Shown: one piece after another, positions 1 through 9,827 of the stretch
Layout: every line of letters starts with the position of its first letter
How positions within the stretch are numbered: the stretch's first letter is position 1
Source of the DNA: an uncultured Methanosarcinales archaeon
GTDB taxonomy: Archaea; Halobacteriota; Methanosarcinia; Methanotrichales; Methanotrichaceae
Reading direction: 5' to 3'
Assembly (NCBI GenBank): GCA_963843555.1
Contig: CAWJKV010000007.1
Span: forward strand, 32,001-96,000
Length of the DNA stretch: 64,000 nt
Notes under the pieces: generated by a model
What the model was told of the DNA's origin: nothing
Database searches by the model: none
What the model saw: only the letters and a program-made list of their open reading frames with translations
Program-made: the position numbers and the translations under genes

Positions 1-335
1 TTTCACCTGGATTCAACTTGGCTTTTCTCATCGTTCTAACCAAGCCTGCGCGGCGTTGAGGGCGCCCCTCTGTCCCCGCGCGTCTCACCGCGCGCGGTGT
101 TCCTCCGGAGCCAGCCGTAGAGAACCTATAGAAGAGCAGAGGGCAATTTGTCTAGACGAGTTATATAGAACAGAGATTTGAGACTCAACTGATCTTCAAG
201 AACAAATATCTGGGCGCATGGCCGATTTCCTGATGCAGGAACTACAGTTTCTTTATGCGAATCCGTCCGGGTTCCACCTTACGAAAAATCCATTGAAACT
301 GGCGAGGAGTCCTTTAATCGACCATTCGCTATCTG

Positions 336-1349
336 CTATCCGATCTCTCGACCTTCTTCCCTGCACAGGCACAGCAAATAGTCCTGCACCGATTTACTGT
401 ATCCCTTACGGCTCGCCAGCCTCTGTATCTCCTTCATCACGCCGCTGCCATATTGCATGGCCTTCTTCTCGTGCCGGGCAATCTCTGAGGGCATGTACCT
501 CTCTGCCACCTCCCGCAGCGGCTTCTTACGCACACCATCGCAAACCTTCTGCTCGGCTGGAATGGACTTTGCGGCTGCAACTACTCTCACATCCATGTAG
601 GGCAGCGAGAAATAGGTGCCATGCAATGCCGCAACCGCCTGGTCTCTGGCCAGCTGCAAGGAGAGGCCCAGGAAATCCTTCTCCAGATCCTGGGCAAGGG
701 TTTCAGTCTGCAGATAGCGGGCGTATCCCCCGAAGAGCTCATCCGCACCCTGGCCGGCCAGGATGCGCCGGTGGCCGTGCAGCCCGGCCCACTCCGCCAC
801 ATAGTTGAGAGTCGTGGCTATGGACGCATTAACCGGATCTATCTTTGGGATCACTAACAGAACCTGCCGGAGGCTGTCTTCGATCGAACTCGGATCTATC
901 AGAACCCGGTTGAGAGAGAGGCCGAGCTCATCTGCCACAGACTTTGCATGCAGCAGGTCATGGGAGCCTTCTACTCCCACCACCACACACTCTCTTCCGG
1001 ACAGGCGGGCAACAAGGGCCGAGTCGACGCCGCCCGACATAGCCACAACTCCTTCATCACTGCGAAGCCGGACTGCGATCTCTATGGCCTCAGCCAAACC
1101 CTCAGGGGGATTTTTCGGATCTACCTTTCCGATAACCTCATCGCCACAGACGACGCTTCCCGGGGGGCAGTCTCCCGACATTATCCCGAAATGATCGCGC
1201 GCCTTGCAGCCGTTCCATTCTAGAAAAAACTCGCCGCCAAGCCTTGAGATCATCTCCGGGCCCTGATGGAGAATGGTCTCAACCTCGCCCTCTGTCAAGC
1301 GTTCTCCTGCCAGCTCCATCCAGCCCCGAGCTCTGATCGACAGATCCAT
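336..1349 (-). CDS. Asparagine synthase (glutamine-hydrolysing) family, C-terminal PP-loop domain protein
   Basis: SGGVDS PP-loop, GQGADELFGGY, LPYMD and KKAMQYGSG motifs; the glutaminase domain is degenerate. Confidence 0.85.
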   Translation of the reverse strand: MDLSIRARGWMELAGERLTEGEVETILHQGPEMISRLGGEFFLEWNGCKARDHFGIMSGDCPPGSVVCGDEVIGKVDPKNPPEGLAEAIEIAVRLRSDEGVVAMSGGVDSALVARLSGRECVVVGVEGSHDLLHAKSVADELGLSLNRVLIDPSSIEDSLRQVLLVIPKIDPVNASIATTLNYVAEWAGLHGHRRILAGQGADELFGGYARYLQTETLAQDLEKDFLGLSLQLARDQAVAALHGTYFSLPYMDVRVVAAAKSIPAEQKVCDGVRKKPLREVAERYMPSEIARHEKKAMQYGSGVMKEIQRLASRKGYSKSVQDYLLCLCREEGREIG

Positions 1350-1474
1350 TCGATACCTCGATTATCCTTCCTGCAAATCAGCTTAAAAATGCTGTCGCAA
1401 GGAGGAAAATCGAAAGTTTTATTTGCCTCAGACAGAGCTTGCCCTGTATCAGAGATCGCAGTCGGAGGCGACAA

Positions 1475-2269
1475 GTGTCAATCGATGCAACAGAGGTCCT
1501 GGAAAGAGTCAGAAGAGAAAAGCCCCTCGTACTACATTTGACGAACTATGTTACCATTTACGACTGTGCCAATATCGTAAAAGTATTTGGAGCCTCGCCG
1601 GTCATGGCTCATGCCAGGGAAGAGGTCGCAGATATGGTGGATCTCGCTTCTGCCTTGGTTCTGAATATCGGCACTCTGACCTCTGATTTTGTCGATGCCA
1701 TGCTGCTCGCAGGGATTAGCGCAAACAACAAAGATATCCCGGTGGTACTTGATGTCTGCGGAGCCGGCGCCACAAAATTCCGTGACGACAAATGTTCTCT
1801 GATCCTGGACGAGGTATATGTGAGCATTATAAAGGGAAATTCTTCCGAGATTGCTCGCACTGCCGGGGAAGATGTTCAGACCAGGGGCGTGGATGCGGCA
1901 TTTGTGGAGAAGAATCTGCAGGATATAGCGCGAGAACTGGCCAAAAAAAGAGATTGCACCGTTGTTATCACCGGCCAAGAGGACACTGTGGCTGATGAAA
2001 AAAGAGTGGTGAAGGTGTTGAACGGCCATCCCATGATGGCAGATATCGTCGGCACAGGGTGCATGGCAACATCGGTGATAGGGACGTTTGCCGCCGTCGA
2101 AAAGGACTGCGTTGTCGCTTCTGTCGCAGGTCTTGTCTGCTACGAGGTTGCCGCAGAGATTGCGGCCAAAAATGCAAGCGGGCCGGGCAGCTTTAAGGAG
2201 AAGCTCTTTGACTCTGTGTACAATCTTGATTCCAGCACCATAAAAAGAATGCAGAGGATCGAAGGGTGA
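1475..2269 (+). CDS. thiM: Hydroxyethylthiazole kinase
   Basis: PLVLHLTNYVT, ASPVMA, LNIGTL, IKGNSSEI, VGTGC motifs; GTG start at 1475 follows GGAGG. Confidence 0.95.
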   Translation: MSIDATEVLERVRREKPLVLHLTNYVTIYDCANIVKVFGASPVMAHAREEVADMVDLASALVLNIGTLTSDFVDAMLLAGISANNKDIPVVLDVCGAGATKFRDDKCSLILDEVYVSIIKGNSSEIARTAGEDVQTRGVDAAFVEKNLQDIARELAKKRDCTVVITGQEDTVADEKRVVKVLNGHPMMADIVGTGCMATSVIGTFAAVEKDCVVASVAGLVCYEVAAEIAAKNASGPGSFKEKLFDSVYNLDSSTIKRMQRIEG

Positions 2270-2883
2270 AGGGATACTATTTCATAACCGACTCCAAACT
2301 GAGCCGCGCTGGGAATGTCAATGATGTAATCCGTGCAGTAGCGTGCGGGGTAGGTGTTGTTCAATACAGGAATAAGAATGCAGAGACCCGGAAGATGTAC
2401 GAAGAAGCCCTTTGCCTAAGGGAGATATGCCGGGATACAGTCTTTCTGATCAATGATCGGGTCGACATAGCGCTGGCAGCAAATGCGAACGGAGTTCACC
2501 TGGGTCAGTCCGACATGCCGTGTCTGGCAGCTCGCAAGCTGCTGGGGCCAGAGAAGATAATAGGCATTACCGTCCACAATCTCTCCGAAGCGCTGCAAGC
2601 TCAAAATGTTGGCGCCGATTATCTGGGTGTCTCGCCCATCTTCCCGACGGCGACGAAACCAGATGCAGGAAAGCCGTCTGGCATCTCTCTGATCGAAGAG
2701 ATTCGAGCCCATGTGGACATTCCACTCATTGCTATTGGCGGCATTAACCATTCCAATGCAGAATACGTCATCAAAGCGGGAGCCGACGGCCTGTGCGCCA
2801 TATCCTGCGTTATCGCCAAAGAGAATGTGAGCACTGAGATCAAGAAGTTTCAGGACTTATTTCGAGCGCTTGGAAATAGATAA
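2266..2883 (+). CDS. thiE: Thiamine-phosphate synthase
   Basis: VQYRNK, INDRVDIA, GVHLGQSD, PTATKPDA, AIGGI motifs; GTGA overlap with thiM. Confidence 0.95.
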   Translation: MKGYYFITDSKLSRAGNVNDVIRAVACGVGVVQYRNKNAETRKMYEEALCLREICRDTVFLINDRVDIALAANANGVHLGQSDMPCLAARKLLGPEKIIGITVHNLSEALQAQNVGADYLGVSPIFPTATKPDAGKPSGISLIEEIRAHVDIPLIAIGGINHSNAEYVIKAGADGLCAISCVIAKENVSTEIKKFQDLFRALGNR

Positions 2884-3067
2884 ATTTAAAAAAACCAAAA
2901 GGTTATTACTACTGGACCTTACCCCGTTGTTCGTCACCTATGTATTCAGGGTTCCTGGTAATGTTCCTGCTCACACGGTTGCACTTGGCTCCTGGTGATC
3001 ATCTGACGGCTCCAGCTTGATTATGAGATCCCGCACTGGTTAAACGACCACCCAAGTACAAGTTTGA

Positions 3068-3562
3068 TTATAGTTTGACATTTACTGCTACTTCGTTCCT
3101 GCGAAGAAAGGGTAGAGTCCAGGGAGGGTTATAGCGCATCATAAAAGGTTCGCCCTCTATCTCTATTCCGTTACTTTTCAGTACCGCGAGCAACTTTTCA
3201 GTCTCTTCATCCATCTTCTTGGGACTGGAGAAACCGGAGAACCTTATAACAGCAACTTTGGCTTCTTGAACCTGATCTATCCCTATTTGAGCCATCAAAG
3301 GCTTGGGAAGGCTTTCCATGTTATACCGTTTGGGCATGATAAAGGACATTTTATCCCCATAGGTAACCACAGGTGCAGTCATACCTATACGTTCATTTTT
3401 TTCATTGTGGCCAAAAATATACTCTGCCAGGACGCCAAAGGATCTATTTTCCTGGCCCGTTTGGGATGTGGCTCTGATTTGAGGATCGTACTCTCTGATC
3501 TCGATGCCTTCCTCTAAAGTCTTTAAAACCGCATAGGAAGCCTCTTCAGTTCTCGTCGACAT
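3068..3562 (-). CDS. SOUL heme-binding family protein
   Basis: EIREY, LAEYIFG, IGMTAPV, MSFIMP, YNPPWTLPFLRRNEV motifs. Confidence 0.9.
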   Translation of the reverse strand: MSTRTEEASYAVLKTLEEGIEIREYDPQIRATSQTGQENRSFGVLAEYIFGHNEKNERIGMTAPVVTYGDKMSFIMPKRYNMESLPKPLMAQIGIDQVQEAKVAVIRFSGFSSPKKMDEETEKLLAVLKSNGIEIEGEPFMMRYNPPWTLPFLRRNEVAVNVKL

Positions 3563-3575
3563 CCTTATCCCAATC

Positions 3576-4313
3576 CTATTTTTTCAAAAAGAAAAAGGCC
3601 ATTAGTGTTATGCTCATCAATGAAACGACTGTTCCGAGGCCGGGCTGGGCCATAGGGCCTCCGCCCCCCTGCGGACCGTTTGTTTGGTTGGCTTGACCAT
3701 TCCCTTGATAGTCATACGCAATCGATTGATTGACCGGGGTCCAATAATTCCTCATCTTCAGAGGAAATGCTATGTCACCGCCAGGGATCTCTCGGTCGCC
3801 GATCACGAAGACATATCTGCCCGCCTGTCCTTTATCATCCCAGACAGCTACCGAATAGCTACCATTGGCAGGCAGTTTTACGTACTGTTCTTGCCGTGTC
3901 CAGTAAGATGTGCGGCTGAAGGGCTCGAAGAATGATGTAGCATTTGCAGGTGATGGAAGGATCAGGACGCCAGAGTCTTGCGGTTTAATGACCTGTTTTG
4001 GCAAATCTCCGGGAGGCAACCCTGGACCTATCAATGCCATTGTAGGAGTGAAGTTCTCCTGTCCTGTAATTTGAGGTATGGTAATGCTCAGCAAGACGGA
4101 CTGATTCTGGCTGCCATTAAATTCATAGTAATCTACATCATTCGGCGTTTCAAGCGTTGCATACATAGCGGTCGAAATAGTAGGGTCTTCAATATGCCCG
4201 GGATTGCCGGCAGTGAAATCCTCTTCTTCGAAGAAAGGTTGATGGGCTAATGCAGGCACAATCAAGACGAGAATTGCAGTTACAATTATTGGGGCAATGG
4301 AAGCTCGTTTCAT
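3576..4313 (-). CDS. Secreted surface protein with PGF-CTERM-like anchor
   Basis: N-terminal signal peptide, DVDYY (PPC-like) motif, several N-x-S/T sites, C-terminal QPGLG-TM-KK tail. Confidence 0.7.
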   Translation of the reverse strand: MKRASIAPIIVTAILVLIVPALAHQPFFEEEDFTAGNPGHIEDPTISTAMYATLETPNDVDYYEFNGSQNQSVLLSITIPQITGQENFTPTMALIGPGLPPGDLPKQVIKPQDSGVLILPSPANATSFFEPFSRTSYWTRQEQYVKLPANGSYSVAVWDDKGQAGRYVFVIGDREIPGGDIAFPLKMRNYWTPVNQSIAYDYQGNGQANQTNGPQGGGGPMAQPGLGTVVSLMSITLMAFFFLKK

Positions 4314-4514
4314 GCTGGTATCCTCTCCTAATGCTTCAGGACCTCATTTCAATAAGAGCCTTTATGCAGATTGTCGGATGGGTACAAAAAGTTTGGCATA
4401 ACAAACGAATAGATTTATTAGTTATCCCCGGCTATTAATAGTAATAATAAATACTGTGAGTGAGAATATGCAGATAAAAATCATGACTATTCTAGCCGCA
4501 CTCGGGAGACTTGA

Positions 4515-5312
4515 ATGGTAGAGACGATTGACCTGAAGAATCGCGACATTTTTCGGCAAGGAGCCAACCTCCTCTTTGCCATAGCTCAATTTTTTGTCAC
4601 CTTTCTCCCGGCCTTTGGCATTGGCATAGGAATCGGTGATCGTGCTGTGGGGGAGAGCCCTGCGGTTGGACCCATCTACTGGGCCTTTTTTATTTGGTTC
4701 TTGATCTTCCCCGCCTGTATTGCTTACGGGATCTACCAAGCACTTCCAACCCAGCGAGAAAACGAGATCCTTCGCCGCATTGGGTTCTACACTGCATCCG
4801 GGTTCATTGGGGTTACGGCATACGCCCTGGTGGCACAATTTGGGGGCAGTGATTGGACCCTCATAGCGATCTTTGTATGGATTCTCGCATCGCTCCTTTT
4901 TGCGTATTTTCGTCTTGCAGATTACCAGCATCTACTCACTCAAAGAGAGCGGTATGTTGTGCTGGCGCCAATCAGTCTGCTCACCGGCTGGGTAAGCCTT
5001 GCAATCCTTGTCAACCTCGCCAGCGCCCTGAAAATCTCAGGCATCATACCATCAGGGACCGCTGAAACGGTATTTTCTGTCTTTTTGCTCTTGGTTGCCC
5101 TTCTTGTTGCATCCCTTATTATCCTCAAAGGAAAAGGAGACCCGTGGTACGCGTTTCCGGTTATTTGGGGGCTGATAGGAGTCGTCATAGCCAACATCCA
5201 GGAACGACCAAATTATGTAGTGGCAGTCACCTCTGGATGTGTCGCACTCGCTATCTTAGGAGTTCTGCTAATGGTACGACGAAGGGAGAAGGAATTGCAC
5301 CAGAGGAATTGA
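4515..5312 (+). CDS. Multi-pass membrane protein (hypothetical)
   Basis: About 8 hydrophobic segments; WAFFIW and GWVSLA motifs. Confidence 0.75.
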   Translation: MVETIDLKNRDIFRQGANLLFAIAQFFVTFLPAFGIGIGIGDRAVGESPAVGPIYWAFFIWFLIFPACIAYGIYQALPTQRENEILRRIGFYTASGFIGVTAYALVAQFGGSDWTLIAIFVWILASLLFAYFRLADYQHLLTQRERYVVLAPISLLTGWVSLAILVNLASALKISGIIPSGTAETVFSVFLLLVALLVASLIILKGKGDPWYAFPVIWGLIGVVIANIQERPNYVVAVTSGCVALAILGVLLMVRRREKELHQRN

Positions 5313-5363
5313 TTATTGAACCACCAACAGCAATAATAAGCGCGCCATCTATAACTGCTATTC

Positions 5364-5453
5364 ATGAGAATCTTCAGCAGGCCGAAGATAGTCATAAGCA
5401 AATGCATCGAGTTTGATCACTGCAGATACGATGGCAGTTTGATTTTTAAATGA
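5364..5453 (+). pseudogene. Truncated N-terminus of a DUF523 (2-thiouracil desulfurase-like) gene
   Basis: MRIFSRPKIVISKCIEFDHCRYDG resembles the DUF523 N-terminal S.C......RYDG motif; stops after 29 codons. Confidence 0.65.
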
Positions 5454-5477
5454 ATACCCCGCAGCTTGCAGCGGGGT
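5451..5477. mobile_element. IS200/IS605-like subterminal hairpin with no transposase
   Basis: TGAATACCCCGCAGCTTGCAGCGGGGT, stem ACCCCGC/GCGGGGT, located exactly at the DUF523 truncation point. Confidence 0.5.
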
Positions 5478-5534
5478 GCGCTGTTTGACTTTCCTTGATT
5501 TCATTCTTGCTCACGTATCCGATCATTAATTTTG

Positions 5535-5885
5535 TCAGATTTTGGATCTAGGGAGCATTTTGGCAGAACGGAAGGCTCTCTTGAGGTAACCCCTCTCTCG
5601 CTGCTTCAAGAGATAGTAGACAATTATGCCCAGCAATCCCGCAATCATACTGCCCAGAAATATCCATAGCTTAACATGCGGCGTTCCTCTCCAGGTATCG
5701 ATATCGTGGGTGCTGAGTGTTATCAGCTCATCCTCGATTCCCGGAGACAGCTCCAATGCGGTTTCCAGGTCTTGACGATCTCCCGCGCCGGTATCGTCGG
5801 TCGAGCGGGTTGTCGGAGTCTTCCAGACTTTCATTTTTGAGCCAGAAGAGCCGGCATCCAATATCTTTATGGTCTGGAATAGCAA
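5535..5885 (-). CDS. Small membrane protein or fragment; start uncertain
   Basis: C-terminal LWIFLGSMIAGLLGIIVYYLLK hydrophobic segment followed by a basic tail. Confidence 0.35.
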   Translation of the reverse strand: MLFQTIKILDAGSSGSKMKVWKTPTTRSTDDTGAGDRQDLETALELSPGIEDELITLSTHDIDTWRGTPHVKLWIFLGSMIAGLLGIIVYYLLKQRERGYLKRAFRSAKMLPRSKI

Positions 5886-5918
5886 CTCTTTATCAAGACC
5901 AAGAATAGAGGCTTATAT

Positions 5919-6500
5919 ATGCTGGAAAAGCTCACGAAATCATTGCTGGAGGCTCCCGTATTCAAGCGAGGAAGCTACAACTACTTCATACATCCCATCA
6001 CAGACGGGGTGCCCGAGATCAGGCCGGAGCTTATCCGGGAGGTTACAGCCAACATCGTGCGCATCGCCAATCTGGAGGTGGACAAAATTGTGACTGTGGA
6101 GGCTATGGGAATTCCTATAGGCATCGGGCTCTCCATTATCTGCGATATCCCTCTGGTGATAATACGCAAACGTAAATACGGACTTCCCGGCGAGATCGAA
6201 ATCAGTCAGAAGACCGGCTACTCCAAGTCGCAGCTCTTTTTAAACGGCATAAACAAGGGCGACCGGGTCATCGTAGTGGACGATGTGATCAGCACGGGTG
6301 GAACTCTCCTTGCCACGCTGGAATCTCTGAATGCGGCAGGTGCGATAGTTAAGGATGTAGTCATAGTGGTGCAGCGAGGAGACGGTGTAGAGAGGCTGAA
6401 ATCCGCAGGCTATGCCATCAAGACCATGGTCCAGGTCGAGGTTGATGAGAGCCGGGTGACCAGAGTTATCGAATCCCATAACGACCGCTGTGCCGTTTGA
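5919..6500 (+). CDS. hpt: Archaeal hypoxanthine/guanine phosphoribosyltransferase
   Basis: YNYFIHPITDGVP, EAMGIP and PRPP motif VIVVDDVISTGGT. Confidence 0.9.
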   Translation: MLEKLTKSLLEAPVFKRGSYNYFIHPITDGVPEIRPELIREVTANIVRIANLEVDKIVTVEAMGIPIGIGLSIICDIPLVIIRKRKYGLPGEIEISQKTGYSKSQLFLNGINKGDRVIVVDDVISTGGTLLATLESLNAAGAIVKDVVIVVQRGDGVERLKSAGYAIKTMVQVEVDESRVTRVIESHNDRCAV

Positions 6501-6540
6501 AATAATCAATTGCCGTGGCATGAGCCCAAAAGAGACCAAG

Positions 6541-6825
6541 ATGAATCCGGAAAAGAATCCCGAAAATAGCTCCGGGAGATGCCTGGAGAAAGGTCTGGAA
6601 GAAGATCTGCGTGTGGAGACCCTGAAGTGGCTGGAGAAGGCAGAGGTGCTCATTTGCCAGGTATCGGGTGATGAACATTTCCTGGATAACGTCTCAGCCT
6701 ACATCCGCGACTCCCATTATTTTCTGGAAAAAGGAGATCTTATCAGAGCCTTCGAAGCAGTGATTTGGGCCTGGGCCTGGATGGAGATCGGCCTGGCGGA
6801 GAAGCTTCTGCAGCAGAAAGGGTGA
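6541..6825 (+). CDS. DUF357 family protein
   Basis: AYIRDSHYFLEKGDLIRAFEAVIWAWAW pattern; start could be 6490, 6520 or 6541. Confidence 0.8.
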   Translation: MNPEKNPENSSGRCLEKGLEEDLRVETLKWLEKAEVLICQVSGDEHFLDNVSAYIRDSHYFLEKGDLIRAFEAVIWAWAWMEIGLAEKLLQQKG

Positions 6826-6955
6826 CAGGCATGCCAATCTGGCAGAGACGGCCCGGATATACCCATCCCACCAGCATCCTCAAGGCTGCGATCTCACGAA
6901 TATCAGTAACTTTAGGTTAGTATTATATACTTAGACTTACCTACGCGAACTCAGG

Positions 6956-7456
6956 ATGAAGATTGATTACGGATCCCGGCTGGATGAGGCAAAGTCCCTG
7001 GCGGACATCTTCGAAGTGGTCAAATCATTGGTACTGAAGAGCACCGGCAAGTGCAGAGGAGGGCTGATGCTGGGCATGGCCAACCTGGGAAACCATCCGC
7101 AGGGGTTTTTTGGTGGCTTCTTCACCACAGGCTCGAATGTCATCGTCCTGAATAAGATACCGCTGCAAAGGATCAAAGAAACAAGGCCAGAGCTCTACAA
7201 GCCTTATGTCTTTCATGTGCTGCTGCATGAGTATATCCACTCTCTGGGCTACCTGGATGAAGCGGAGGTTCGCTCCAAGGTTCATCATATCACAAGAGAG
7301 GCTCTGGGTGATGAGCACCTGGCAACGAAGATGGCAGCAAACGCTGAAGGTTTCATAAAGCACCTGGCCTACCCGGATATATCCTGGAAACCGGATGATA
7401 CCGGACTCGAATTGGTAGAAGGCTTCGATAGGTCTAGCGTTTCGTACATCGCGTAA
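6956..7456 (+). CDS. Conserved hypothetical protein with HExxH zincin-like motif
   Basis: VLLHEYIHSLG; TATA-like TATTATATAC at 6921-6930 suggests a leaderless start. Confidence 0.75.
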   Translation: MKIDYGSRLDEAKSLADIFEVVKSLVLKSTGKCRGGLMLGMANLGNHPQGFFGGFFTTGSNVIVLNKIPLQRIKETRPELYKPYVFHVLLHEYIHSLGYLDEAEVRSKVHHITREALGDEHLATKMAANAEGFIKHLAYPDISWKPDDTGLELVEGFDRSSVSYIA

Positions 7457-7515
7457 AGGAATAGAGTCAATGGCTTGGGGTTGTCTCCAGATTTGCAGGG
7501 CAGTATTCCAGTCGG

Positions 7516-8085
7516 TCAAAATATTATAAAAAATAACGCGGCGGCGACCGGGATGGTGAGATTATCATCGACGGGCGTGGGAAGGCTTTCCACAACTGCA
7601 GTAAGAGCGGCAAGTGCAACTCCCATCCAACCAACAAACAGAAAGGCAGTTAAGGAAAAAACGAAGAATGCAATAGATCCCTCAATGGTTTTGCATCTGT
7701 TATAGGGAAGCGGATGCTGGCCTCTGACTCCGAATATCGTGGCCGCAGAGTCTCCCGCCGCCAGAGTCAAAATTGCTGCGGCTATTTCATCAGGATTGCC
7801 AAGAAATAGAGCTGCCAGCAGCGTTCCTACTACATACCAGAAGGCTCCGTAGCCCGGGAACCTGACGTTCTCTCTTTCGAATGTCTCCTCAAACCAGCCA
7901 ACAACTGGAATTTGCCGACCTTGCAGTCTCAACACAACCATAATTGATCCCAAAAGAAGCATAAGACTCAAGAGAATAATCAAATTTTTGCGGCCAGAAT
8001 AAAAAAGAACTGATATCAAAATTAAGCCAAAAAACGAATGCAAAAGTTTCCTTTTCAGCTCAAATTTGAGTATATCTCTCTTCAT
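7516..8085 (-). CDS. Dolichol/phytol (polyprenol) kinase family membrane protein
   Basis: RKLLH, GDSAATIFG, KTIEGS, DDNLTIP motifs. Confidence 0.9.
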   Translation of the reverse strand: MKRDILKFELKRKLLHSFFGLILISVLFYSGRKNLIILLSLMLLLGSIMVVLRLQGRQIPVVGWFEETFERENVRFPGYGAFWYVVGTLLAALFLGNPDEIAAAILTLAAGDSAATIFGVRGQHPLPYNRCKTIEGSIAFFVFSLTAFLFVGWMGVALAALTAVVESLPTPVDDNLTIPVAAALFFIIF

Positions 8086-8273
8086 AAAACCTCAGCGGTC
8101 TACCTCGACCACCGCTTTAATGGCGATACTGGTTGAAATGCTTAAGTGACCTCTCAGATGAGCCGCCCAAGTGGTCTCATAAGTGATATAGCTCTTCAAC
8201 ATATAAGGAATAATGAGATACGCATGTGGGGCACAATCCAGATTATCGAGCCTCCAAATCTGCTTCCTATTAG

Positions 8274-8379
8274 ATTTAACTCCTTCCACAACTCCGATCT
8301 CATCTTTGTCAGCCCGTAAAGCTCGTAGACCAGGCATCTATCTGGCGGTCCGTGGCCTCGATCTGGCGCTTGTGGGGGT
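8274..8379 (-). pseudogene. Relic C-terminus of a type IIG/Eco57I-like restriction-modification enzyme
   Basis: Reads KRQIEATDRQIDA(L)VYELYGLT(K)DEIGVVEG across two 1-nt deletions. Confidence 0.7.
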
Positions 8380-8657
8380 GCCGCCAATTCTCTGCCCTTC
8401 AGGAATAGTCAATTCCCGCTCTACCGAAAAAAGCTTGCGGAAGAATCGGATGGATTCTGATTCCTCTGACGCTTCTCAAAAATGAGCCGTCATGCAATCA
8501 GATCATCACAAACTGATGTATGCATGGAAAATCGTTTCATGATCCTTCAAGATCCTTCGCTGCCGGAACCATTGTCATCCGGAAGTGATTGCTCCATAAG
8601 CAGCGTTCACTGGAAAATTTATTATATTCTGCCATTCAGTGATATTCGAGGTATGAG

Positions 8658-9713
8658 ATGGCTTCCAATAAAGGCCTGAAGTGGCCCATGAAATATATAA
8701 TTTCTATCATAATTCTTTTTATGATATCTGCATCATCACTCGCGGCCACGATCACTGTTCAGCCCGGGGAGAGCATACAGGCGGCCGTCGATTTGGCCCG
8801 CCCTGGTGACATCATCATGGTTGAGAGCGGAACCTATGAAGGGAGCTTGGAAATCGATAAACCGCTCACCCTTATCGGTACCGACTCTGGAGAGGGAATG
8901 CCGGTGATTGATATCGGATCCATGTTTGGATCAGTGCGCCTGGCTGCAGACGGATGCCAGATTACGGGATTCAGGATCTCGAACTCGCAAGGTCACGGCA
9001 TTGGTGTGAATTCCAACCATAACAAGATCGCCAATAATACCATCGAGGCATGTGGGGCTTGCATTTACCTTGGGGGAGCAAATGGAAACATAATCTCCCG
9101 TAACGATGCAAAAGTCCTCTGTCAGGGATTGATGGGCCTGCTCCCCAGTGACGCAATTCAGCTGATGGATTCAAATGACAATCTCATTGAAGGCAATACC
9201 GCTTCAGACGCATGGATCGGTATATATCTGATGCATTCCCACAATAACACTGTTATGAAGAACATAGCCCTTGAGAACGATCACGGAATCGCTATCCTGG
9301 GCACTAACGAAAACAGCATCCTGGAAAATAACGCCAGCAACAATAAAGAGGAGGGAATTGGTCTTCTCGATGGCTGCGTAGATAATGTCATCGCAAAGAA
9401 CACGGTGCAGGGCAACGCCATAGGAATTTATATTCAGGATTCAAGTAATAATAATACAATTTATCTGAACGATTTTATGAACAACGAACGAAACGTCGAG
9501 TCCATAGATTCGAAGAACAGATGGAACTCACCGGAGAACATCAGCTATTCATCCGGAAGCGAGCGCATCACCGGCCTACTGGGAAACCGATGGTCCGACT
9601 ATAAGGGTATGGACTCCGACGGAGATGGTGTGGGTGATACAGGCTTTAGCTTCGAAGGCGGAAAGGATGACTATCCTCTGATGGAGCGATGGAGTGATCT
9701 TATCAAGGCCTAG
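8658..9713 (+). CDS. Secreted NosD/CASH right-handed beta-helix protein
   Basis: Signal peptide, SIQAAVD..PGD, repeated GIYL..S.NN.I..N units, GNRWSDY.G.D.DGDGVGD. Confidence 0.9.
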   Translation: MASNKGLKWPMKYIISIIILFMISASSLAATITVQPGESIQAAVDLARPGDIIMVESGTYEGSLEIDKPLTLIGTDSGEGMPVIDIGSMFGSVRLAADGCQITGFRISNSQGHGIGVNSNHNKIANNTIEACGACIYLGGANGNIISRNDAKVLCQGLMGLLPSDAIQLMDSNDNLIEGNTASDAWIGIYLMHSHNNTVMKNIALENDHGIAILGTNENSILENNASNNKEEGIGLLDGCVDNVIAKNTVQGNAIGIYIQDSSNNNTIYLNDFMNNERNVESIDSKNRWNSPENISYSSGSERITGLLGNRWSDYKGMDSDGDGVGDTGFSFEGGKDDYPLMERWSDLIKA

Positions 9714-9827
9714 ATACTCCTTCAAAGTGCAAGTGGAGAAGGAGATAAAATGGGAAGAGACTCATTCCGCAGATCGCCGACCCGAAGGAGATGCCGCCCA
9801 TGTGATGCCGCCCTCCCTGGGCCGGCC

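Noticed and set aside
1350..1474. TPP riboswitch upstream of thiM
   Set aside because: No CTGAGA or CCTGA..GATAA-type core could be found.
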